Shown here piece after piece: positions 13,101 to 25,344 of a stretch of DNA of 64,000 nt. Both the position numbers and the translations under genes were made by a program. The DNA lies in contig OZ076413.1 of assembly GCA_964187785.1 (NCBI GenBank), positions 36,146,001 to 36,210,000 on the forward strand, in the 5' to 3' direction. A model generated the notes under the pieces. It saw only the letters and a program-made list of their open reading frames with translations, ran no database searches and was not told the DNA's origin. Position 1 is the first letter of the stretch, and every line of letters begins with the position of its first letter. This DNA is from Amphiscolops sp. MND2022 (lineage: Eukaryota).

Positions 13101-15509
13101 GAAAAAAACTTCAGAGGTAATTTTTACCGGTTACCTTAACTCGGGTCTTTCCTACAAATTTGGGAAATATCATTCTTTTAAGTAATTCATGATTATTCAA
13201 ACACTCTCTCAACCTTCAACGTTGAAAAGGTGAACGAAGTTTTTTGGTAGCAGCGCGGGGTCAGTTATGGGAATAGAATAATGTTCTATTTTTAGTCTAA
13301 CTGGAACAGTGGCGCTCGATGCCAAGTCAAGATTGCAGCAAAACTAGATTTGTTGAAAGGTTATCAAACAATGCGTAACAGCTGCTCCGATGTTCGCTTT
13401 TTTTATTGTGCCAGCAACAGCGAGAGAGTACTACGCTTTCCCTCTTATCGATGCTTTTCAATCTCAGTTTTGTCTGAGACAAAAGATCATTTTTGTTTTG
13501 GTTTCACTGTAGTTGAGACTCAGATTCAAAAAGTGATTGCGCTTAACGAATTTAGCAGTATTCATCGTTCCCAAGGAAAGGTTTTGCCTGGCGAAAAAAT
13601 TCTAGATTCGAAAGACTGAAATCTTGAGTTTTATCAACAAACTTCCAATTTTATTGATTCTAATTCTCAAGCTGAGGGCAGGGAAAAGTGATAATTACCA
13701 GTGCCATTCAGCTAACGATTTGCGACGAGTGCATGAGCTACAGTGAACATTTTCTTTTAGTGTAGCACTGCTTTTGCTTCAGTTTCATAATTTTTTGAAT
13801 AGCATCTTTTTGAAATTTTTCTCGAAATCAAAACTGCGTTGCGATTGGCTGAAAGACGTATCATTAAAAATGCAATCCCTTATAAGAATTTGAAGTAGTA
13901 TACACTGCTGTTGAGTACCTCATTCAGTTAAGTAGTTAAAATGGAACATCAGATGTTAAAATGCTTCAGAAATTTCGAATGAAAAGATTGTTTCCTGAGA
14001 AAAAAACATGTCAATTACAATAATCACACGCAAAATTCTAACAGGAGTAAAAAGTATAATGAATGTTTCAGTTGCTTTTTTCATTCTGGATGAATAAATA
14101 TTTTGAAACGAGAACATATTAACAAGGACAAGTTGCAGTGAATCACCCTCAAGAGGAAAAGTCAATGATGACTTTTTCTGCTTTATCAACAGGAAGATTC
14201 GGATAAAAACACTTTCCTGCAAAGGTGAGAAAACTTTCAAGTACGATAATCACAAAAAAGTATCCAGTATCATCTGAATTATAGCAACAATGTTTTGCTA
14301 CACAAACATCATTTCGGTATCTTTAAACTCTTCTTTGAACAAACCATTCCCGTTTATCAAGCTGCGCGTGAGTAAAACTGCAATTTCGAGGGAAAAAGTT
14401 TCCCAAGCTGTGAGCCTCAAATTCATCGTTGCAGTCTCCTCTTCTGATAAATGCCCGCTTCTCGACCATATCTTGTTTAATGCAATCACGAATGTTGTTT
14501 TCTGCTAGTGCTAAGTAGAGCGAGTCGGTGTCCATTTCTAATTCTTCGAACTTGTTGTGGTCGCAGTACTTCTGGAAGAAATTGTAGTAAAGCTCCAGCA
14601 TTCTTAGCTTAGCGTATTAAAGAATGAAGTAACCAACAAATGTTGGTTCCTGATGTTCTATATGTGCTTTATTAAGCTCGACTTCATAGACAGAATCATA
14701 GATGTAGCGAAGTTGTTTGAAAAAAGCGCTATTGATTGCACGGTTTTTTTTATGCAAGTATTTTGTCACTGTAAGCTTGCTGTGGTCCATTATTTAGTAA
14801 CCATAAGATTTGTTACTCAAGAACTTTCATAGTCTCTGCAATCACTGTGGACTTCTTGTTTCGATCACCCAGTTCTCGGGCCTCGACAACTGATTTTACA
14901 AATCCTTTGAACCCTTTGTGGAAAGTATTCAACAACTTTTTGAAATTTTGTACACTCAAGACCTCCAGGCCTTTTCAACTCTCGGCGAAAAAGAACAGAG
15001 ATTTTTCGCCAAAGAACCACGAACAACAAGTGGCATCTTCGGAAAAGATACCAACCAGTTCAGCATTTGGGTTACCAAAACTAGCAGTATTCCCCTCCTC
15101 CGCCACTTGAGACCGCCATTCTTTTCTGCTTCAAGGAAAATTTCTTCGACTCTCTTCGATTGCTACTTTCCTTGGCAACTTCTCTACTCATTTCTTTCTG
15201 AAAGTATTGAAGAATATTCGGTGTATCCTTCAAGGCGGGCGGAATGTTGAAGCATCACATACAAAAGCATTTGTGAATTCAAATTTTCTAATATTCATTC
15301 CATTGAGTTTTATATCGCGCTAATTGAAGACACGTGCTATTCATTGACATTATAATCTTATTCACGTATTTATTATATTCACTTTTTCTTTTTTCTCCAC
15401 ACTGTATAGTTGCTGCCAATCTACAAAACAATAGAAGTCAATTGACAAAAATCACTTTTGCTCTCCCGAAAATCATCATAGTTGAAACAAGGTATAAAGA
15501 TTAGGTATA

Positions 15510-15871
15510 GTGCAGATCAGGGGAGGGGGCGTGCACTTTCGTGATTTTTCCCGGATTTTCAAAATTGTTTGGAAAAGTCTGTGACTCATTTTTTCCGCAG
15601 AACAAGCGTTCGGTTGAAAAAAGTTTTTGGAGACCCCCCTGACTTGGGGATCCTCCTGTATATCAACTCACTACTTGGGGACCTATCATTCAATCAAGGT
15701 CCCCAATTAGTGAGTTGATATACAGGAGGATCCCCAAGTCAGGGGGGTCTCCAAAAACTTTTTTCAACCGAACGCTTGTTCTGCGGAAAAAATGAGTCAC
15801 AGACTTTTCCAAACATTTTTGAAAATCCGGGAAAAATCACGAAAGTGCACGCCCCCTCCCCTGATCTGCAC
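15510..15871. repeat. Near-perfect inverted repeat (175-bp arms, 12-bp spacer), only in unit U4
   Basis: 15510-15684 (GTGCAGATCAGGGGAGGGGGC...GGGGACCT) is the reverse complement of 15697-15871. Other units have only the right arm. Confidence 0.95.
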
Positions 15872-16008
15872 GTGCAAACTTTATGGATTTTTTTGGGGGG
15901 CCGTCAGAGTGTACTGGGAAGATTTAAGGATTCTTAACATACAGTGAGTCATTGAAGGCAAGAAAAAAACTTCAGAGGTAAATTTTACCGGTTAACATTA
16001 ACTCGGGT

Positions 16009-17348
16009 TGAACTTACCGAAAGACAAGAAGAACTTTAACAGAAGAAGAGGGTAACCACAAGACAAAAAAAGGCACTAGTACGAGGTACTAGCACCCTGA
16101 GTCGCTTCTGCTTGCAGCTCCTCTTCAACCAGCCTTTCTAATTCAATACTCTTCTTGATCTCTGATAACGGCTCATCATCAGAGTCAACCACTCGCCACA
16201 AAGGCTTTAAGTCTGGACGTGCCTCCAGAAGCAGTCTTCGATATTGCAAGGACGTATCCCGCCTCCAAGCCTCCTCACAAACCTTCTTCCCAAACGGCCG
16301 ATATTGTCGATTCATTTCCCTGGCTTGAGGTTTGCGCCGGGCCGTCAAACGTTTACGGCGAGGATGAGCATGCCAACCATGTGGGCCTTTGTTCCGACGA
16401 CCGAAAAACTTGTTACCACGCGCCCAACCCAACTTTCTCGGCGGAATCCTCAACTTAGCATACTCTCTACCATCTTCCTCTTCCTCTTGAGTCACCCAAT
16501 CCCCAAACCAATGGTCTTCCCACTTTTCCTGCTCCCTATAGTCTGCATCAACTAGTATTCTTCTGGGAAAGGTAGTATCAGACATGTCTTACATAAAATC
16601 ATCCGAAATTTAGTGACCATATTGCAACGCAGATAGAGGATCGAAAAGAACAGGAAAGAACGCAACAACAACAGACCGAAAGTACAAAGTGCACTGTTCT
16701 ATTGATTTTGGTATACAGTGACTTCTGAGAAAAAGAACCCCCTCGACGTCCCCCATAGTCTATGGAACTGGGATCCACTATTGAAGCCTAAATCTCATCG
16801 CACGCAACTGCAATTATAAAAACTATAACAGTGCGCTTAAATTAGTTGTAAACTATCCAGCTAATAAGCATTTTCCTCCATATCATGTGTTCCGCCATTT
16901 TATTTTGGTCACAAAAAGCCCTATTTTTCACCTATTCGCTTATCTCTGCTGATTCTCTCAATTGCGTGACTTGATACTTCTTCCGTATGTTTTATATGTT
17001 TTTGCTGCTATAATATACTGATTTTTATGTGTATTCATTGATTTTAATCTTTGGTATTGAAAAGTAACTATACAAAATTTCGTTGTACAATGCATACGTG
17101 TACACGTTCATGTTTATGAATGAAAAGGTAATTCCCGCCTTGTAGCATGTTTGATATTGTTGATTTTCCTTCACTAATTTATTTAACCTCAGTATTGTGT
17201 TTATATCTTTGAAATTCAGTCATTCTCTTGTTCAACTAACTACTTTTGAAACCACCTCACAAAGAACTAAGACCTAAATTCCTAAACGTTGTCAACCCAA
17301 TCCAAGTGTTGAAACGAAGTTTTGATTTTCGAGCTTCACGAAGAATCA
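16009..17348 (+). repeat. 5' LTR (1340 bp)
   Basis: Direct repeat of 22692-24033 with about 14 differences counted by eye. Candidate TATAAAA at 16815-16821. Confidence 0.97.
16076..16585 (-). CDS. 169-aa antisense ORF inside the 5' LTR, function unknown (Arg/Lys-rich core, acidic ends)
   Basis: ATG-initiated open frame with purine-rich, coding-like composition, unlike the AT-rich remainder of the LTR. The 3' LTR copy has TAT>TAA at codon 16. Confidence 0.6.
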   Translation of the reverse strand: MSDTTFPRRILVDADYREQEKWEDHWFGDWVTQEEEEDGREYAKLRIPPRKLGWARGNKFFGRRNKGPHGWHAHPRRKRLTARRKPQAREMNRQYRPFGKKVCEEAWRRDTSLQYRRLLLEARPDLKPLWRVVDSDDEPLSEIKKSIELERLVEEELQAEATQGASTSY

Positions 17349-17351
17349 TTT

Positions 17352-17370
17352 TGGTGCCGCGACCCGGGAT
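17352..17370 (+). promoter_or_regulatory. Primer-binding site, tRNA-His-like
   Basis: TGGTGCCGCGACCCGGGAT 3 nt after the LTR end. Resembles the complement of the tRNA-His 3' end (TGGTGCCGTGACTCGGAT). Confidence 0.75.
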
Positions 17371-17387
17371 CAGACAACGTGATAGAA

Positions 17388-20300
17388 TGGACGGTCACGA
17401 AGAACGAAATGCTTCGCAATCAGAAGCAGTGAGCAACCTGACGACAGACAAGCTCCGACGGCTCAAAAGGTCCCGAGGTGGACATAAAAGTTTTGTTAGT
17501 AAGACAAGAGAAACACTCGAATCCCTTTTCGACAGAGAATTAACTCTTTCAATCCCTGATTTGGAAAAACTGAAGAAAAATGTACATGCACTTCGACAAT
17601 CCCAAGACAAAATAAGAGAGAAAGATAACCAAATTGAAGACGAAGTACCCGAAGACTATTTAGAATCTGAAATTGAAGAAACAAGTGAATTTCATTCAGA
17701 GCTTTCGTCTTTCATTCAAAAATGCCAAAATTTACTTGAAAAACAAGAAAATGCCTCAGATAGAAATGGAGCAGAAACAACTACAATACAAGCAAGGAAT
17801 TCTGGAAGAAATGCTGGCTCTATAAAACTGCCAAAAATTGAGCTACCTAGTTTCTCCGGAAAATATACTGAATGGACCAGTTTCTACGATCTTTTTAACG
17901 CTACTGTACATTCAAATAGCTCACTCAAACCGGCAGAAAAACTGAACTACTTGAAATCAGCACTGAAAGGCGAAGCATTCACACTGGTCAAAAATCTGAC
18001 GATCACTGATGCTAACTACGAGAATGCCAGGGACATCCTAGAGCAGCGGTACTCAAATAAGCGTTTCATTGTAAGAATCCACCTCGATGAAATCCTCAAC
18101 CAAGGTTCAATCAAGTCTGAAAATGGAATTAGTCTCAGGAAACTACTGGAAGCATTCCAGGAGAATATAGCTGCTCTAGAAGCCCAACGATGCAATTGTA
18201 GTGACTGGGGTTCAATTCTCTTGCATGTTCTTGCTGGTAAGCTTGACGTTGAAACTCGAAAACAATGAGAATTACAACAGTCAGAAACTGAGTTACAGGA
18301 ACTAACCGATTTACTTAGGTTCATTGACACGAGAGCGCGTGCACTAGAAACTATTGAGAAAAATCCAACAAAAAGTCAAGAAAAACCAAAATTTTGTGAC
18401 CAAATTTCTCCTACTGGACCCGTTTCTGACAGGAAATTTCAATCCTATGCCACCCAATTGGACAACAAGAAGTGCACTGTTCCATCGACGGATCAGTCAG
18501 TTTCCAGGACTGACGAGTTCAAGGCAATGACACCATCGCAAAGGAAAAAGTTCGTTCAGTCAAAGAATCTTTGCTTCAATTGCTTAAAAACAGGACATAT
18601 TGTCGCCAATTGCCCCAGTAAGTTTTCCTGTCGTCAATGTAACAAAAAACATGACTCTTTGTTGCATATTGACGTTGCCAATCAACAAAGACGCTCCGAA
18701 AAGGCAAATGTTTCAACTACGGACAACGCCGACACACAAACTACTTTAACAAGTACTTCTGGCAAAGCCAGTTCCAAGTCAGATCATGGAGAAACTGTCG
18801 CTCTTCTTGGCACCTGTCGACTAGCTGTAGAAGGCAAGGATGGACGAATTTTTTGGGCCCGAGCCCTCCTTGATAGTGGATCGGAAACTAATTTCGTAAC
18901 TGAACGACTTGCACAACAATTGCAGCTGACAAGACGAGGAACGAAGACAGCGATCTACAACCTGGGATCATCAGCACCCAAACCCACAAATGGAATCGTC
19001 ACTGTAACCCTCAGACCACAAAATCAACCTCTTGTGATATCGGAAATGCATGTGATTCCGAAAATAACGAACACTCTTCCCAGTCAGCCAGTAGATGTGA
19101 AGACCATGGACATCATCAAAGATCTCCATCTAGCCGATAAGTTTCTCACATCCAGGATCAATTGACATGTTGCTTGGAGTGGAATTGATGAACGAAATCA
19201 CAACAAACGATCGTTTTCAAGAGAAATCTCTAACCTTCACTCGTACAGTCTTCGGTTGGGTCATAACAGGTAGAGCGAAAGTTGACAAATTTAGAGACCA
19301 AAATTCTCATCTTGAAGTTGTTTGCAACTTTCTGCAAACAAACAGTGCACAAGATATCAGCAAGTTCTGGTGCACTGAAGAAGTGCCATCAACCAAACCA
19401 TCCCTCACCGAAGCAGAGATGGTCACAAAAAACCACTATGACGCAACAACTAAGCTGGTGAACGGACGATTTCAAGTCAAATTGCCCTTCAAACCGAATG
19501 CAACCCCACTTGGAGAAAGCAAGGCTAGTGCGTTGAGACGGTTTCTCATGCTTGAGAAACGATTGGAAGCAAACCCCAACCTTCATCAGCAATATCGAGA
19601 TTTCATTCACGAGTTCATCGATCTAGAACATCTGGAGGAGGTCCCAAAGTATGAACTCGACTTGCCCCCGCACAAATGCTTCTATTTGCCACATCATTGT
19701 GTACAGAAAGAAAGTACAACAACCAAGCTTCGAGTTGTTTTTGATGCCAGCGCGAAAACTTCCGCAAAAGTCTCCCTCAATGATGTTCTACTGGTGGGAC
19801 CAAAGATACAAGATGACCTGTTTGACCACCTCATCAGATTTCGATGCTATGCTATTGGAATCACTGGTGATTTTGCGAAGATGTATAGACAAATCGCCTT
19901 AGACAAAGAAGACAAGGATTTTCATCGACTGTTCTGGAGAGACACGCCTATTGATCCTATCAAGGTCTACCGGATGACACGGGTGACTTATGGCATCGGC
20001 TCATCAGGATATCACTCCATACGTTCACTCCAAGAAGCCGGAAAGGAATCGCCAGTGGAGGAAGTCATCAAACGAGACTTCTACGTAGATGATATGCTCT
20101 CTGGTGCTCACACCAAGGACGAAGCTACTCAACTCATCCAAGCAGTAACGAAGCAATTAGAGAAGTACGGAATGATTTTGCGGAAATTCGCCAGCAATAA
20201 TGCGCAAATCATTGAGGATCTCCAACCAAATCTTCGCGAGAATGAGAAAAATTTCACTGAAAATGACTACAGTGTCAAAACTCTTGGAATAAAGTGGCTG

Positions 20301-22662
20301 CCAAATGAAGATATCTTTGCGTTCACAATTAAGGAATCGGACAAGCTGAAGTTCACCAAACGATCGATGTTGTCGGATATCTCAACAATCTTCGATCCAC
20401 TCGGTCTACTGACACCTGTCACATTGAAGTTAAAATTGATAATTCAGTCCTGCTGGGTTCGTGGAGTTGATTGGGATGAAGAATTGCCATCAGATATTCA
20501 ATCGGAGTTCACAAAATGGCGAACAACTTTCCCTGTAATCGCAAAACTGAAGATTCCGAGGCACATCCTGAAGAGGCGTTTCGAATTGCACCTGTTCTGC
20601 GATGCTTCAGAGTTAGCATATGCTGCGTGCATCTACTTTCGTTGCCTTGACACACAAGAAATCAATCTTTTAGTTTCCAAGTCAAAAGTTGCTCCTCTGA
20701 AGCCTCTAACTGTTCCAAAATTGGAACTTTGTGCAGCATTTCTCGGATGCAACTTGTTGAAAGCTGTCCTACCAATCTTGGAGAAGATTAAATTCATACC
20801 GGAGCAAATTCATGGATGGACGGATTCTACTTTAGTCCTGAGTTGGTTCCAAGAGTTCCCTCGAAGCTGGAACACCTTCATTGCCAACCGTGTGCAAGCA
20901 ATTCAGGACATTTTGAAGCTGAAACATTGGAAACACGTCCCAAGTGAAGATAACCCAGCTGATCTGGCAACTCGAGGAGTATCAGCAGATCAATTAGACT
21001 CAGCAGCACTCTGGTGGAACGGTCCAAGATGGCTAGGATGTCTGAGCATTCCTAAACAACCGCAAACTAGCAAAACGGACACCGAGAGGAAGAAAAGCCA
21101 CATTTTGTTTTTTGAGACCATTTTCAGACACGCAGGATCATGATCGCTTCAATCTAAACGAACAGTGCACTCTGTCCAAAGCTATTCAAGTGCACTGTTA
21201 TGTTCGTTTCTTCATCGACAAGCTGAGAATGAAAAATTCTGGTCTCAAAAAATTGCTATTTTTGAAGAAGAATGGTCCAAGGTCACTCAAATTCCGGCAA
21301 AAGGTCCTTGAAGACATTGTTCGATGGGAGTAAGGACTCCATTTCGAAGAAGAGGTTGCTTGCCTACAAAATGAACGTCCACTACCCCGGAAAAGTACAT
21401 TGTTGCAGCTTCATCCTTTTATTGAGGATGGGATCCTCATGGTGGGCGGAAGAATTAGAAATAGTTGGACATCTGCCGAAACGAAGCGCTTCCCCATCCT
21501 GATTCCAAAAGAAAGCCCACTTTCAAGATTGATCATCGTAGATGTGCACCTGAAGATGCTACACGCTGGAGCAAACGCTACCCTGGCAGAAATTCGACGG
21601 AATTTTTGGATCATTCAAGCCAAAACTCTCATTCGAAAACACATCCACAGCTGCATCAAATGTTTTCGCTACAATTCCAGGATGCAAGCATCTCTCATGG
21701 GTGAACTACCAGAAGAAAGGATTACACCATCGCCACCATTCACGCACACGGGCGTCGACTTCACTGGTGCCTTCACTGTCAAAGACTTCCAAACAAAGGA
21801 AACATTCAAATGCTACATGGCACTATTCGTCTGTTTCTCAACAAAGGCCATTCATCTGGAACTTGTATCGTCACTCAGTACACCTGCTTGTACAGCTGCT
21901 CTGCGTCGTTTTGTTGCTCGTAGAGGTGCACCGGTTCGAATGTATTCCGATAATGGAACTAACTTTGTGGGAACCGCAAACGAGTTGAAGCTTCTTGAAG
22001 TTTTGTCTCAGGACCACACAAAGGAATCTTTACCAAATCTTGCAATTGATTTGGGTTCTCAATGGTTCATGATTCCGCCAGGATCACCGCACTGGGGAGG
22101 CCTCTGGGAATCAGGAATCAAGTCGGCCAAGCGTCATCTCAAGAAGACAATGGGAAACAATGTCCTGAACTATGAAGAACTTGCCACACTAATCTGCGAT
22201 ATCGAATCAATCCTCAACTCTAAGCCACTCATCGAAGCATCTGATGATCCAACGGATGACATGGTGCTCATGCCATCCATGCTTGTCAATGGCAAGGAAA
22301 TTCGATACCTTTCAGTTGCAGAGAAAACTAGTCCTTTCCAAATTCGTGAAGATGTCAACCCGCAAAAAAGATGGAGTTTTTTGAAACGATTGATATCTCT
22401 TTTCTGGAAGCGCTGGAGCTCGGAGTATCTAACCACACTTCACATAAGACGAAAGTGGAATCGCGATGGAACATCAAACCTTGAAGAAGGAGACATTGTT
22501 TTTGTAACAGACGAGACTACACCGCCACTTCAATGGCCTCTGGGACGAATTGTTGAGGCTTATCGTGGACAAGACAATATTTGTCGAGTTGTTAAAGTGA
22601 AAACGGCACGTGGAGAGTATGTAAAACCTGTGATCAAGTTGAGAAAACTTCCTTTAAGTTGA
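17388..22662 (+). pseudogene. Bel/Pao gag-pol polyprotein, disrupted by 2 stops (18266-18268, 21331-21333) and 2 frameshifts (~19145, ~21110)
   Basis: Gag LPKIELPSFSG and KLNYLKSAL; zinc knuckles CFNCLKTGH..C and CRQCNKKH; protease ALLDSGSE; RT YLPHH, KLRVVFDAS, YVDD (20082-20093); RNaseH LHLFCDAS; integrase HAG..CIKC, GVDFTG, YSDNGTNF, GLWESGIK; DUF5641-like tail. Confidence 0.97.
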
Positions 22663-22678
22663 GCAACTGGGATTGCTC

Positions 22679-22691
22679 AAGGTGGGCGGAA
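22679..22691 (+). promoter_or_regulatory. Polypurine tract
   Basis: AAGGTGGGCGGAA immediately before the TG of the 3' LTR. Confidence 0.8.
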
Positions 22692-24033
22692 TGAACTTAC
22701 CGAAAGACAAGAAGAACTTTAACAGAAGAAGAGGGTGACCACAAGACAAAAGAAGGCACTAGTACGAGGTTTTAGCACCCTGAGCCGCTTCTGCTTGCAG
22801 CTCCTCTTCAACCAGCCTTTCTAATTCAATACTCTTCTTGATCTCTGATAACGGCTCATCATCAGAGTCAACCACTCTCCACAAAGGCTTTAAGTCTGGA
22901 CGTGCCTCCAGAAGCAGTCTTCGATATTGCAAGGACGCATCCCGCCTCCAAGCCTCCTCACAAACCTTCTTCCCAAACGGCCGATATTGTCGATTCATTT
23001 CCCTGGCTTCAGGTTTGCGCCGGGCCGTCAAACGTTTACGGCGAGGATGAGCATGCCAACCATGTGGGCCTTTGTTCCGACGACCGAAAAACTTGTTACC
23101 ACGCGCCCAACCCAACTTTCTCGGCGGAATCCTCAACTTAGCATACTCTCTACCATCTTCCTCTTCCTCTTGAGTCACCCAATCCCCAAACCAATGGTCT
23201 TCCCACTTTTCCTGCTCCCTTTAGTCTGCATCAACTAGTATTCTTCTGGGAAAGGTAGTATCAGACATGTCTTACATAAAATCATCCGAAATTTAGTGAC
23301 CATATTGCAACGCAGATAGAGGATCGAAAAGAACAGGAAAGAACGCAACAACAACAGACCGAAAGTACAAAGTGCACTGTTCTATTGATTTTGGTATACA
23401 GTGACTTCTGAGAAAAAGAACCCCCTCGACGTCCCCCATAGTCTATGGAACTGGGATCCACTATTGAAGCCTAAATCTCATCGCACGCAACTGCAATTAT
23501 AAAAACTATAACAGTGCACTTAAATTAGTTGTAAACTATCCAGCTAATAAGCATTTTCCTCCATATCATGTGTTCCGCCATTTTATTTTGGTCACAAAAA
23601 AGCCCTATTTTTCACCTATTCGCTTATCTCTGCTGATTCTCTCAATTGCGTGACTTGATACATCTTCCGTATGTTTTATATGTTTTTGCTGCTATAATAT
23701 ACTGATTTTTATGTGTATTCATTGATTTTAATCTTTGGTATTGAAAAGTAACTATACAAAATTTCGTTGTACAATGCATACGTGTACACGTTCATGTTTT
23801 ATGAATGAAAAGGTAATTCTCGCCTTGTAGCATGTTTGATATTGTTGATTTTCCTTCACTAATTTATTTAACCTCAGTATTGTGTTTATATCTTTGAAAT
23901 TCAGTCATTCTCTTGTTCAACTAACTACTTTTGAAACCACCTCACAAAGAACTAAGACCTAAATTCCTAAACGTTGTCAACCCAATCCAAGTGTTGAAAC
24001 GAAGTTTTGATTTTCGAGCTTCACGAAGAATCA
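22692..24033 (+). repeat. 3' LTR (1342 bp)
   Basis: Copy of 16009-17348. The antisense ORF here (22759-23268) has a premature stop. Confidence 0.97.
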
Positions 24034-25344
24034 CGGGTCTTTCCTACAAATTTGGGAAATATCATTCTTTTAAGTAATTCATGATTATTCAAACACTCTC
24101 TCAACCTTCAACGTTGAAACGATGAACCGAAGTTTTTTGGTAGCAGCGCGGGGTCAGTTATGGGAATATTGCATGGGAATAGAATAATGTTGTTCTATTT
24201 TTAGTCTAACTGGAACAGTGGCGCTCGATGCCAAGTCAAGATTGCAGCAAAACGAGATTTGTTGAAAGGTTATCAAACAATGCGTAACAGCTGCTCCGAT
24301 GTTCGCTTTTTTTTATTTTGCCAGCAACAACGAGAGAGTACTACGTTTTCCCTCTCATCGATGCTTTTCAATCTGAGTATTGTCTGAGACAAAAGATCAT
24401 TTTTGTTTTGGTTTCACTGTAGTTGAGACTCAGATTCAAAAAGTGATTGCGCTTAACGAAGTTAGCAGTATTCATCGTTCCCAAGGAAAGGTTTTGCCTG
24501 GCGAAAAAATTCTAGATTCGAAAGACTGAAATCTTGAGTTTTGTCAACAAACTTCCAATTTTATTGATTCTAATTCTCAAGCTGAGGGCAGGGAAAAGTG
24601 ATAATTACAGGTGCCATTCAGCTAACGATTTGCGACGAGTGCATGAGCTACAGTGAACATTTTCTTTTAGTGTAGCACTGCTTTTGTTTCAGTTTCCAAA
24701 TTTTTTGAATAGCACCTTTTTGAAATTTTTCTCGAAATCAAAACTGCGTTGCGAATGGCTGAAAGACGTATCATTAAAAAAGCAATCCCTTATAAGAATT
24801 TGAAGTAGTATACACTGCTGTTGAGTACCTCATTCAGTTAAGTAGTTAAAATGGAACATCAGATGGTAAAATGCTTCAGAAATCTCGAATGAAAAGATTG
24901 TTTTCTGAGAAAAAAAACATGTCAATTACAATAATCACACGCAAAATTCTAACAGGAGTAAAAAGTATAATGAATGTTTCAGTTGCTTTTTTCATTCTGG
25001 ATGAATAAATATTTTGAAACGAGAACATATTAACAAGGACAAGTTGCAGTGAATCACCCTCAAGAGGAAAAGTCAATGATGACTTTTTCTGCTTTATCAA
25101 CAGCAAGATTCGGATAAAAATGGCCATCTGGGCAGAGGAACTCAAACAATCACGTCCTCTGTATATAAGCACATACAATTAATGAAGTAAGACACACCAT
25201 TCCCAAACCACCATAATAATGAAAGCTTTGAATACACAGATTTACAGAATAACAGAATAAATAAGATTAGGCTCTCACACTTTCCTGCAAAGGTGAGAAA
25301 ACTTTCAAGTACGATTATCACAAAAAAGTATCCAGTATCATCTG

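Larger units (their letters stand above)
16009..24033 (+). mobile_element. Full-length Bel/Pao LTR retrotransposon (8025 bp)
   Basis: LTRs 16009-17348 and 22692-24033 (TG...CA). TSD CGGGT at 16004-16008 and 24034-24038. The empty site CGGGTCTTTCC is seen in U1-U3. PBS and PPT present. Confidence 0.98.

Noticed and set aside
16219-16555. Sense-strand ORFs in the LTR (79 and 103 aa)
   Set aside because: They use non-ATG starts and have the composition expected from the reverse of the purine-rich antisense ORF.
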